The position numbers were made by a program, and so were the translations under genes. A DNA stretch of 64,000 nucleotides, from contig BDGG01000002.1 in assembly GCA_001949185.1 (NCBI GenBank), forward strand, positions 2,849,826 to 2,913,825, given 5' to 3'. Within the stretch, counting starts at the first letter, position 1. Each line of letters opens with the position of its first letter. This DNA is from Ramazzottius varieornatus. Its lineage: Eukaryota; Animalia; Tardigrada. Positions 1-12,055 of the stretch are shown here, one piece after another. The notes under the pieces are model-generated. The model did not search any database. It was not told the origin of the DNA and saw only the letters and a program-made list of their open reading frames with translations.

Positions 1-8
1 TGGAAGCT

Positions 9-831
9 TTGGGACCCTTCAACACCCTGCTCAATTTCCGTGAACGTCATACCAGGACGCCGCCGACGACCACTGAGCAACCTACGCCTACTACATCGGT
101 CAGGTACACAGCTGTTGGAGGCCCAAGTCCTACTCGGCCATTCAAGCTCATCGCCACGTCAAGTCCAATTCCCACTCCGCCGTTCAAAGTGGTCTCTCAG
201 CCCGGAAGTCGACCTGCGTTCTTGAGACTGCAAAACCTTCGTGGACTGATGGCTTCAAGTCACGGAAATCGAGTTCGACACTACTTCCAGGTGCAAACCA
301 AAACCATTAAAACGCCCATTCGTGCTACTGAAAGTTTTGTTTACTCTTACCCGCAAAGTAAGATGTGAATGGGAGGTCATGAAAATATATATGATAAAAC
401 GACCTTCAGGCGGCGCACGTTACCTGATATTATGGTTAGTGGCTGGAGGTGTGCGCCACTTGAGGAAGCGATCTGGTTCAAACCTTTACCCGTGTCCCAA
501 ACAATTTTACTAAGTTTACAGAATTTTAATTTTCCGGTTGTCCCAGATGTCGAAAGCCCCCGGGAAACGAAGTGTCATGACGGATATTCCACCATGGGTC
601 AAGTGGGTGATGGCTCTTAAGGCACAAGAACGAAGCACCCGATCTCGGGAAATCGCCCCTTCCGAAACCATCATCGGCGAGGAAGACGCTCGTACAATTC
701 GAGAGATTCGCGCACTTGAAAGGGCAAGCATGGGCACCGATCAGACACCCAGGAACCACCATGTTGCCTGCTTCTTCAACCCTGTTTCTTGCTTCGGACA
801 AGCAGCTTTCCGTGAACGGGAACCGAATTAA
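9..831 (+). CDS. AstC: 3' part of a probable allatostatin-C-family neuropeptide precursor (5' end outside the window; splicing of upstream exons uncertain)
   Basis: ORF 538-831 encodes ...APGKR...PR-NHHVACFFNPVSCFG..., which matches the AstC signature C-x-F-N-P/A-x-S-C-F. There is an acceptor tcccag at 541-546 and a donor gtaag at 358. A Thr/Pro-rich ORF (9-368) lies upstream, but its phase does not simply join the AstC frame. Confidence 0.6.
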
Positions 832-1142
832 TCTAATTAAGCATCAGCATGCTTCAATCCTCGTTTTGCACCCATCCAACCCTGCGCACTTCCGGTCCAC
901 GTAAAGTTTCTTTGATTCTTTCTCAGTTTGTTCGTCCCACAAAGAGTGGAACCGAACCTTTTTCCAAGGAATCTTCAAAGGTCGTCAAGGTTTTTTGCTA
1001 TGGTTTAAGTACACGTACAGTAATTGCACTACACGCCCCGGATTTCCACATACACGTGTACCATTGTGTCGAACAGTGAACACCGATGTGGAGAATATTA
1101 TGTATCAAACTTGTCTTTTTTGTGAAGTCGCCAGCCACACCC

Positions 1143-1700
1143 TAGAGTTCTTCCTCCATTTGAACCTTATCGTATGAAACGTCACTAGCTTTTGGGGATC
1201 GAGCTGCGTGTCGAGGGCTTCCTCATTGGCTTACTAAATTGGAATTCATACTGGATCTCGTCGGTTGTTTTCCTTTTTGTTTCAATCACGCAGCTTCGCG
1301 TGAAGATTACGGTTAATATCATGCATTCTGCATAGACCCCAAAAGAGCACTCGCCCATATCTGCTTACAAAATAACCATAAACTTCAAGTCGCGCGTTAA
1401 CGCTGCGCGGTAGGATTTCGAAGTAAGAATGGTTTACCTGCAACGTAAGGGAATATGAACGCAATGGTCAAGCTACATTTCAAAGGATTCCGCCATGTAG
1501 AAAAACCCCAACACGCCTGCTGTAACGAGTGCAACGATCGCATTCCACCCAAAGGTGCCTTATCTAGAACGATGCAGGGTTTCACCCATGCCTCAAGATG
1601 CAATGTGGATGGTACCAAGACGTCAGTAATTACCGGACCAGTTTATCTGCCAAAATGTTGGTGGACAACAAAGACGACAAAGAACAATAGTGCGAAAGTT
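1143..1700 (-). pseudogene. Degenerate duplicate of the last exons of an SLC2/GLUT-type transporter
   Basis: The minus strand at ~1143-1320 reads ILTVIFTRSCVIETKRKTTDEIQYEFQFSKPMRKPS..., then after a frameshift SYDKVQMEEEL*. This is homologous to the last exon at 1834-2050. Remnants LTIAFIFPYV (~1445-1475) and GP|gt (~1635) lie upstream and contain stops. Confidence 0.7.
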
Positions 1701-1833
1701 TCGCTCGTTATCGGAAAAGATAGCCTAATCGGCGTAATTTTATGTGTAATCCGTTCGTAACAAAATGCCGGTGACTAATAGCCTTCCGTCCAACAGAATT
1801 CGGACACGCTAGCAAGATTAACCGGCTCTATCT

Positions 1834-4279
1834 TCAAAGTTTATCTTCCAACTGCACTTTGTCGTAGGAAATGTCGCCAGCTTTGGAAAACGAACTGGGT
1901 CTCGAGGGCTTCCTCATCGGCTTGCCATGTTGAAGTTCATACTGGATCTCTTCTGTCGTTTTGCCTTTAGTCTCAATGATGCAGGTCTGCGTGAAGATCG
2001 TTGCAATGGCCAGAATGACGACAAAAATAATAAACGTATACTCCCCAATCGCCGCCTACAACAGAAGATTCGGCCGCATTTTTAACAAATATCGGCATTC
2101 GAGCCGTCTTTTCCTGACCCTGACCTAACTTGTACCTGGATGTAGGGGAAGCTTAGCGCAACCGTTAAACTGGACAAACGATTTACTCCGACGGCCACAC
2201 TGCTAGCTGCAGCTCGTGGTGCCGTGGCGAAGAGCTCATTCACCAAGAACCATGGAATGGCACCTGCAGATGAAACGCATACGCCGGTTCATTTACGACA
2301 GCGTAATCAGCACATGCATAAACTCCCTACCTGGACCTATGGAGAAGAAGACGATGTAGCCGAGCAGGCTGATGGTGCTTCCGATGGCAAACGGGCTCAT
2401 GCTTTGGTTTAAATTGGGTTCATCCTCAGGCGACTCTGTAATTTTCTACAAAACATTCGGAACAGGTTTTGTGCTCACTCTGCTACGCTTGACAGGTTCT
2501 GGTTAAAAATGGAGCTGGTCTTACAGTTTGAAGAAGAAAGATGGTCAAGAGGGTCGTCAGCACCGCCATGCCTCCATACCCAATCAGCAACAGGATCTTC
2601 CGCCCCGCTTTCTCAACCAAAAATACTGACGCCAGCGTCATCAGAGCATTGACAGCACCAACGGCGATGGTGGCGTAGACTGCTTGGTTCCCTTGAACCA
2701 ACCCAGCGGAATGGAAGATGGCGGTGGAGTAGAACATAACCTGTACGAGTAAACAACTAGCTGAGAAGTACAATGATACCGTTGGCTCCACAATACCGGC
2801 TTACCGCATCGATGCCGGACAGCTGTTGGCTCATCATCACACCTGCAGCTATGAGAGTAATCCGTCTGAGGAAACGGTCTCTGAACAAGTCCCTGATGGT
2901 CACATCCGCCTCGTTTTCGATCAGTTCGTACTCTTGGTGGATTTCATGCATTTCTTCGTTGACATCTGACGTTCCCCTCAGCCTTTCCAGAGCTTCAAAA
3001 AAGAAAAAGTTTCAGGAATGTCACCAAGATCTTATCGGCTGAAAAAGGTGCTAAAAATAATTACCGTGGCGGGCGGCGGTTTCGTTTCGCTTCTCGACGA
3101 ACAGGTACCGCGGGGATTCTGGGCATAACGGTAAAGCGACCAGCTGGAAGATTGCCGGCACCGCGGTCAGGGCCAGCATAATTGGCCAGCCCCACTCGTT
3201 GCCCAGAATGGCCGGTAAGCCGAGCACCATGGAAATCAGGACTCCGGTAACGCCCACTGTCTCGTGCAATGCTCCGATAGCTCCCCGAAGCGACACCGGC
3301 GCGATCTCGTTGAAGTACATTGGCGGCACTGCAATGTTAACACCTGTCAAAGAGAATATCAGATAGATATTCATTTCAGCCTGAAGTAAAACTAGACCAA
3401 GTGTTACCCATGTTGAATCCAGCGATGAATCTCCCGACAATCAGCATCTCGAATGAGTCAGCCAGCGTGCAGCAGCCCATGACTGCAGCAGCCACGATGG
3501 CCAGTATGCTGTTCCACCACAAGGTTCCTCTTCTGTAACGAACAGCCTTAGAGTTAATTAGAAGTCGGGTAAGAACGACGGCCAATTCATCGTGGGCAAA
3601 AAAGCGTATGAGATTGTTATCTTTACTGGCGCAACGTACCGCGCTATAGCAATGAGAGGGTGCGCCTATCAATTAACAAAGTGCGCTACTTGTACGTTTT
3701 GATTGCCCAGGTGTCGAGTGGTTTCTGTGGAAGATTACCGGCCGAGCTTATTGGCGAAGATGTTTGTGCACAAGGCTCCAAAGAAGGAAGCGGCGACGAG
3801 TAATGCTACGGTGAGGGTCCAGAGCGTGGTCAGTTCGCTGTTGTCGGTGAACATGTTGAGTTCGCCGGTAAAGTCCAGCTTCTTGCACCATTTCTCCTCG
3901 CTGACACCATGCTCCGTCTCTACAGTTTGGTTACTTCGGCGGCATTTGACTTGGCGTATCCACAGACCTATAATCTAACCACCATGGAATCATGGCGGTT
4001 TCGCACAAAAGTAACTCCATGCCGATGGGGGGAAAGCAGGTTACCGTCTGCGGGGCGTTCATCACGCCGACGTGATATCCAAATGAAAGCGACGATCCGA
4101 AGGCTGCCGTGAAGGTCGAAAAAACCAGCGGCTTCGTAATTTCCTGCAATCGTAAGAAGTTCGCAGACCAGTTCCAAAATTACACAACAAAGTACATGAT
4201 GCGAACTAACTTACACTGTTCCAAGATCCCATCTCTCCAGGCTCCGGCTGGAAATATCGCCAGATCGTCGCGGGTACAT
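1834..4279 (-). CDS. SLC2/GLUT-family facilitated sugar transporter, paralogue A (multi-exon)
   Basis: Spliced exons give sugar-porter motifs: [74 protein letters not shown] and IETKGKT. The probable ATG is at 4279 and the TGA at 1834-1836. Confidence 0.9.
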
Positions 4280-4789
4280 TGAGCTCAGCCGATCGGCAAA
4301 AAGTAAACACATTCGAGATTCAGAACGGAAGTGCTGCTTGCAACCTTCCAGACAACGGGACAGCCAGACCGCCGACATTGAATTGTGACGGTTCTCGGAT
4401 GGCGCTATCAGCACCCATTGTTTGTCTATTATGGCTGGACAATTTTCCGCACGAAGTTTGCCTGTTATCGTTCGAGCAAGATAACCAAATTCCGCGCTAC
4501 GTAACGACAGACGGAAGTACAGTCCACACTGTGTTATTTTGATTTTAGGTGAAAAATACTTTGCTCAGTAGCGGGCAAGCAAGAAAACGGGAAAAGACCC
4601 CTAGCATTCCATAGCCACCATTGAAAATACGACAGATCAGTGTGTGACGGCAGTGTCAAGCTACCTCACCTCCAGCACGGAGAGAACGTTTGCTAGTCGT
4701 TGAATGTTAATCAGGCAGGAGGAAACCCAGAAAAGAAATTAAGGATAAGCTTAGATAAAAACGAATAAGCGTAGCAGGGAAGCTTTTCT

Positions 4790-7700
4790 TCAAACGGAAG
4801 GCCTCGCGGGAGGCTGACCAACACCTCCAGCCATCTGGAACACCGAAGACGCCACTTCTCCGGCTAACTTATCCGCGTTCTCCTGTGTATCCGCCTCGGC
4901 GTATACCCTTACCACATCTTCCGTCCCTGAAGGCCTGAAACCACATAGAATTCAGAAACTGCAGATTGCAGTTACGTACGAAAACACCGTAGAAAAGTTT
5001 CTAATTTCCTTCCGGCTCGCATCCAACGCAGATAAATTAATGATGATCAATTGTTTCTGTGAGCCAAGAGGAGCACTTACCGTACGAAAGCGCGTCCAGA
5101 TTGGTACCGTCTGACAGCACTATCAATGGTTTGCTGGAGGCCGTTGGGTGTTGAGCACTTCCTTTCAGCATCCGTGGTCTGGATGACGTTGCGGTCCGCT
5201 ACTTTCACCTTCAGCTGCCTGCTGGGCAAGTCTTGGTAGAACTCGTCCCACTGCCGTATGGACATGCCTCTCAAAGAAAGGACTGCTTCCACTAGTAGCA
5301 GGTCGGCCATGGCATCTCCCACCTGCAACCAGTAAAAGATTATAAGCATCCAATCTGACTCGCGCAAATTACGTCAGGATTATCGTGTCCAACTGCGCAA
5401 AGTAATCGGGACTCCGAGTTCACAGGGGTTTTGAAAGTGGCGCACGCCACAGTGTGTTTTACGATAAAATTGCGCGAGTTGATAAGAAACATGTCTACCT
5501 CGACCAACCGGCGCAGACTGACAGACAATAACCTGACAGAGTGCGCCAGTTTTCCCGGTTGAGATTTTACCGACGCTTACCGTCTGGTTGATGACTCTGG
5601 AGGCTAGCTGGAGTTTCTTGGCCGCTAACGTCCGACTTTCTTTCTCTTTCTCCGTGAGCTCTTCCGCGTCGAAAAACTCCACATTGTGTGAATGGATTGA
5701 CTGGACCATATGGACCAAGGAAGACTGGCGTTTTTTCTGAGCATCGTCCAGCTCGCGTTCGAGCTTCAAGGCCACTTCGTCTTTCGGTATAACTGAAGGC
5801 ATCGGTACAGCCTCATCCTCCTCTTCTTTTTCCGCTTCATGCTTGAGCGCTAGTTCGTCCTTTGGCACGATCGAAAAACCTAAACACCATCAGCGATGAA
5901 ACCGTCTCAATGAGCTCGCGCACCGGCAGTGCAAGATCAGCTGTGAAATGCGCCAACTCAAGAACCGAGTTTTGATCAACAATCAACGAACCTTCAACTC
6001 TATCAACTTTCGCTTCAGTGTTCAACGCCAGTTCATCTTTCGGGACATCACCGACCTGCATATTGTCCTCACTCTCCGCTACCTTACATTCAGGTTGGTC
6101 TTTCTCCACTACGACCTCCTCAACCAGCAGGTCTCCCTTGTCGTCCGTCTTGAAACCGACATGAGAGTTCTTGCGATGTCGGCCGTGTCCATGAGACTCT
6201 TCGGTCTGTGAAGGAGCCAACGGCAGATAAGGTTCGGAGAAGAATTTGCCGTCGAGGATGTTCTGGATGAGCATGTCGGCGCGCGAGCTGAAGAGAACGG
6301 TGCCGTGGCCGTTGGCTTCAAAGTAGATACCGATGTCGTACTGCTTGGCACAGTGGTGTAGATGCTTGACGCCCGTCGGTACACAAACGACCGGAACTTT
6401 CTACGAAGGAAACAAATGAGGGTGAACACCATGTAAAACCGTGCACCAAGGAAATTATCGAAAAATAAGACTCTAGTCACTATTACCTGAAAAGATTTTA
6501 ATCCATCTTTGAGATGGAGTCTAGTTAATTTTCAGATAACTCGTAGAAAATTTCCGGGAAAAAGCCTGCTTATTTACTATGATCACGTGGACAAGCACCG
6601 AACACTTATCAGCGAAATCTATAATCATTCTTCTGATGCAGAAAAATTTTATAGCGGATATTTTCACTTCTTCAGCGGATGTTTTACGGGAAGATAAAGT
6701 TTCTCACCAATTCCTGTTCGATGTACCGTGTCGAAGCGCCATTCGCGTAGGCAGTTTGAACAATGCCGATTTTTAGGCTCAAGCCCGACTCGCGGACCAA
6801 GTCGGCGAAAAAACTGCTGATCAACGTCGCTATTTTGTCCCCGTCTGTGAAGCACAAAACGATATACTGTTAACTGCCAGTATCAAATTAAATTTACAAA
6901 GAAAAACACACACGATCATTAATTACTCCGGACAAACTCACCCAAAAGACGAAAGGCACCAGCTTGGTCAAAGTAGAAATACACAACCCTGTCCGCGTCG
7001 CCATCAAAGGCCGCATATTTAACCGCTCCGTTGATCGGTGTTCCCTTTGGAGGCTTTTGCAGAACCTTCACATAGTCCGCTCCACAGTTCTCGTTCAGGA
7101 CTCCGTCCTTCCCATCGTTGAAAATCCGGATGATCGGCGGCTTCGCGTCTAGCCCAATCAACCTTGACCTACGAAGAAAATTCTCCATCAACATGATGCC
7201 TAACATTTGGGAGCTCGAATAGGTTCGACGAGCTCGTTTTCCCAAGTGGCGCACGGCCCGGTCAAAAACACTAGAAACGTGCGCCACTTAATAAAACAAT
7301 TTTGCCAAGATTTCCAGGTAACGCACGTTTCCAGCCAATACCACAAAAAACATGCACCACTTGAAATGCGCTCTAGTCGAGTTTGTTTGCCGGGTTCTCG
7401 TTTGACTTCCGGCTCCTTTTTTCTGCACATGTGATATTAGTTTCACTTCACCAGTTGTACTGCTCCGTTTTATTACCGTAAACCAGCCAGTTTCATCGCA
7501 CCAATGCCATTGGCCCCATCAACGTATATCTCCGCTTCATATTCGTCCTTGACACCCTCCGCCGAACTGCCTTTCAGCGCCAGCAGACCCAGAAACGCTT
7601 CTGAGAGTTTCGCGTAGTATCCTTCTTCGCTCGCGTCGGCTGCTGTCAGCGAAGAACTCATGGCGTCCACTTGTTCCGAGTTGGACAAGGCACTGTTCTG

Positions 7701-8573
7701 GGCGTTGACGATGTGGTGCAATTGAGGGGTGGTGAGCAGGTGAAAGTCCTTTACGGAAGCACCCACGGCTTCTACACCATCTCTGACAGCGGTTGAGAGC
7801 ATGTCGCTAGAAGGGCGCGTGTCTTGAGCCAGGTAGACGATGGCCGGAATGGAGAAATCAATCTCGAATTTGGCGACAATGTTTTTGAGAACATTCACGA
7901 CGTCCACATCCCTTGAAATCAAACAATCGAGTGACAACCCACGTATGGGCATGGTAAGCCGTAAGGCCCTTATTTATGAATGCCCTATAATGGTGAGTGG
8001 CAAGGTGATACAACGATAAGTTGAAAAATTCTACTTTAATCACAACACGTATAGCTTTTCTTCAGACTCCTTCTGCCTCTGAAAAATTTCCCGAGATGGA
8101 AAATATTCTGAAGAGTCTTACCCAGCGTTTACAAGGTCCGTAGCAGCGCTCTCCCAAGAAACTTCCAGCATTTCACCGTTAGGATCGATCAACTTGATGC
8201 CGTTATCGTCGATGGGGTTGTGCGAAGCGGTGATCATCGCGCCGATGGCTTTCCCATGTTGGTGTTTGCTTCGTAGTGCGCCGAGAAGACCCATTCGAAA
8301 CATAACCCAGTCCAGGTTGTTCGCCCTGAAGGAGAAAGCAGTTCAGACAACAACAACAACAAAGATCCGTTCGAAATGGAACATACAGAGTTGTACTCGG
8401 CCGCCGACCAAAGGGATAACTAAATACATGTATGGTTCGCCATGCAGATAATAAATCACGATGTGCAAAATGACTTACGGGCCACGAAATCCAGCAGTCC
8501 CATAGCTGAGGCTTCTGTCGGTTCCCTTGGGATATCCATTCTTGATTTTATCCTTGACCTTGTTGAAATTCAT
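4790..8573 (-). CDS. PGM3: Phosphoacetylglucosamine mutase (PGM3/AGM1), multi-exon, with a long acidic insertion
   Basis: Motifs in order: YGTAGFR, catalytic [28 protein letters not shown], metal loop [29 protein letters not shown] and [20 protein letters not shown] at 8573, TGA at 4790-4792. Confidence 0.95.
7243..7363. repeat. Tandem pair of the dispersed CAAGTGGCGCAC-N~25-GTGCGCCACTTG palindrome (PGM3 intron)
   Basis: Arms at 7243-7254/7279-7290 and 7315-7326/7352-7363. Confidence 0.75.
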
Positions 8574-9184
8574 GACGCAAAGCGGCTGCTAATCGGAAGA
8601 GCCTCTCACAAGCGATGCCGGATAAGTGATGCTCCGACCGTTATGGCATGATTAGGGCGACATATAGCATGTCAAACAAGCAGAAAGAAATGTCGAAACC
8701 TCAAAATCGTTCGACTAGCCGAGCAGTTTTCACCAGGCTTCTGGAGAAAACAGCAAAAAGTTATTGCGAAAACATGAAAATTATGAAAAATAAAGTTAAT
8801 GCTACGCGGCACGGGTAGGCGTGTAGAGTGTGATGTCATGTCGTCAGTCTGACAGTTTTTACGTAAACATGGATCGTCGTACAGTACGTACGAACAGGCT
8901 TATGTTCTACAATTACAGTATGTCCACTCTTTAAATCTTCCCGATTCTTATTTTGTTGGCAGGTACCATTTTATGGCATCCCAGATGGCATCTATACGCT
9001 ATCCAGAACTGTAGTGAGCTTCACCAACCAAGACCGATATTCAGTGAACACTAGAAAAGCGAACAATAGACTATAAAAGGCTCAACAAAATTAATTCCGG
9101 TCATAATTTAAAAGCTGAATCCCGACACCATGAAAGTTCTAAAAAAGGCACGGATGAACACGGGGAACAACATCAGCAAAAGCT

Positions 9185-9832
9185 TCAGTAATTTCCAGGC
9201 ATCCAGGCGGAAGGTTGCTGCATGGGCTGATACTGGTAGTTTCCCACTCCATCGTACGTTCCGAACTGCTGTCCGTACACCGGTTGGGACATACGGAGAC
9301 CTGCCTTCTTAGGTGCCTTGTTGTTCATCCAGGAAACAGAATTGCTGTTACTGTTCGCTCCATTTCCGGGAGTGTAGCTGCCCGATGATGTGGCGGACCC
9401 TCCAACACTGACGCCGTTTCCGCTGACGAACCCACCACCCACTGCGCCACTTGAAGCGTTGTTAGGACCATGAGCCGAAGCCGAGTTATTCGTCACGGAA
9501 TACCCTGGACCTGACGGAACTGTGATAGTGGGGAAAGAGGGGAAGTTCATGTTGGGCATCGAGGGATACATTGGTTGGAAGTTGTTGCCGGTGGGGAAAG
9601 GATACATGGGCATTTGGTTGGTGTTGAAGGAAGGGAAACCGAACTGCGGGAAAGGCTGCATCGGTGGGAAATTTCCCACGCCATTTTGATCTGGAAAATA
9701 GACAGGATAGAACCTATTTCCAGAACATTCCTTCGGATTAAGGGTTCACTTACCGCTATAGGAATATGGAATGTAGCAATTTCCGGCGACCGCCAGAAGA
9801 CACAAAATCAAGACCTGCAAAATCGAATTCAT
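9185..9832 (-). CDS. Small secreted low-complexity (P/F/M/N, then G/S/N, then Y/Q) protein, 2 exons
   Basis: Exon 1 (9832-9754) encodes the signal peptide MNSILQVLILCLLAVAGNC. A phase-1 GT-AG intron (9753-9691) joins it in frame to ORF 9185-9679. Confidence 0.8.
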
Positions 9833-11480
9833 TTTTGGAACGAGGAAGTATTTGGCTGAGAGTCGGAGAACTATCGGGACTGTTCAAGTTGCGGACTTGA
9901 GTTCAGAAAGTTAAACGCCAAAGTGAGTAGTGACTTTTTTGTGAATGGTGGAGGGTTTATATCCAAATAAACTTGCAAGGATAAAGTATTTGGCACGACG
10001 CGTAAACAACGTAAAGCCCAGTGTTTGTGCGTCAATTCGGCATCATAATTTGATCCAACCGTGTCAACGATAATCATTAAGCAAGGTCCACACTTCAGCG
10101 ATTCTCGCTAAGGTCTTGGCGCTAAGTACCCTCGGTAGTGCCTGTGCAAACAAAGGTTCGTGGGGCCGTGAAAGGCTCTGAAAGCGAACTCGTGTTGAAC
10201 TGTTGATGTCTCATCCGTTAGAACCATTTCACGCCTGGATCTATCATGATCAACAGCCGTAACAATGGCCGAGTCAGGCCGACACGAGAAGGCTCTGTTT
10301 GCTACCGTACTCGTCATAGCTAGTATTGATCGGTCGATTGTCTAGCCCGGGGAACCCCGCCGACTCATCCCATTGTGTCTTCCGTATCATTCAGAAAACG
10401 AAGCGAGATGTGGAAATATTTGTCGGGCGATATGCATATCAGATTGTTATACAACGCATTCCGCACGGGTTTACTCTGGCAAACGAGGCGACCGGACCGG
10501 AAACAACAACCATAAAGTTGCACAACCGAAAGGTTTGGTGGGGAAGGAGAAAGTCCATGTAAGCAGCAGTTCTTCAACGTGCTTCATTAATGTTCGTTCT
10601 CGGCTAGTTGCCTTTAAAGCTTGGAGAAGCCTTTGCTGAGGTACTGCACACTGAGGTTCCCCGAATGCACACAATGGCTCGCCACGTCTTGAAGTGGATC
10701 GTTCGCGGACTATGACTTGCTTGACTGGCCATCAACAATTCAATTATTAATGCAAGTTCACATGAAAGGACAGTGAATTGTCAACACGGCCAAATCAGGT
10801 CAAAGTCGGTATGATCCTACATTATAAAAGCTCAAAGTCGCAGAGCTGGCAGAATGGCGAATCTATCCTTCCGCATTGTTGAAATCGATTCCAAGTTGGA
10901 AAGTAGTCCGAAGAACGGACTGTTTGCTGCACGTGCACGCACGACGGAAAATTATGGGACAGTAAAAATTCTGGGACAGGCCTTTTCGCTACGGCGGTAC
11001 GGAAGAGCGTACTGTACGTACGCGACCGATTCACAGTAATACACTGTTCGACAGCTTGCTAGTTTCTACGATCGATGTTCCATTTTGTCGTCCTTTCTGC
11101 CGGTCATTTTCTGCCTGTCCCGTAATTTCCCATCGTACGTGCACTACTGTAGATGCTTAGGAATAGGATACTCTTTACTCCCCAGGAAATACTGCGGAAA
11201 AGTGGCGGAAATGAATCAGTCGGGATAGTTAAGGTTGTGACGTATGCATGCTTGCAACAAAGAAACGAAACGTCAAGAGCCGGAGATTAGTGTACGCAAG
11301 AAACTTGAATAGGAGGATCGATTTTCTGCACTCAGGAGTGAAGACCGGAGGAATCTTCCTGGTTCTTCTTACAATCTTCCTGGATGATCTCATAATTCGC
11401 CCAACTATAACAGCGCCACCACATGATTCACCGTACTGTCGGGATTAGTAATCCACTTGTCTCGTGGCCTTATTTGGACA

Positions 11481-11923
11481 TGAGTCATGCATTACACAGA
11501 ACGCTGACTCATCGCTTCGTAAACTCGCGCAGCCCGGCCCCAGTGGGCCAGCTCAGAATCGCCCATCTGGACAACTGGGCGGCATATCGTACAGGGAGCA
11601 TCGTGATCGCCCACGCACAGCTGAGAAGCTGCGCGCAACGTACGTTTGGGCCCATTACGCATCACGGCGCACGTTCAAAATTTTGTTGCGCTTCAACTTT
11701 CTTTCACCTCGTCAACTGGCGCATGTGTTTTCTCTCGTCGTCGGTTCCTTCCTTCGCTCAACTCGACACTAACTTACCAATGGGCACGAAGTACAGCTAG
11801 CGGAAGAATGACAGCAGCTCTTATCAGCGCAACACGAAAGCTTCAGAAACGGGTGGCGTAACGCTGAGTATATAAGGTAAGGCCTATGAATCAGCAGTGT
11901 TTTCGAGTTTGCATTGTGAGTCA
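11481..11923 (+). promoter_or_regulatory. jun promoter with a TATA box and AP-1 (TRE) sites
   Basis: TGAGTCA at 11481, TGACTCA at 11505, TATATAA at 11869 and TGAGTCA at 11917, all upstream of the jun ATG at 12056. Confidence 0.6.
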
Positions 11924-12055
11924 GTAGAAGCATATTCCGTGCATCCCATATTCTGATCTTGATAGCTCACAGTCTGACGGACCCAGCCTGGTGAATCACG
12001 GTGCCGTAGATAACGCTTGGATTGTCAAGAGAGAAGGAGTGCTCATCAACCAACG

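Noticed and set aside
7243-7363. CRISPR-like reading of the repeat-spacer palindromes
   Set aside because: The context is eukaryotic, the arms are inverted rather than direct repeats, there are at most two units per site, and no cas genes are present.
11350-11385. Possible heat-shock element upstream of jun (GAATCTTCCTGG, AATCTTCCTGG repeated)
   Set aside because: Only two good nGAAn units are present, which is not distinguishable from chance.
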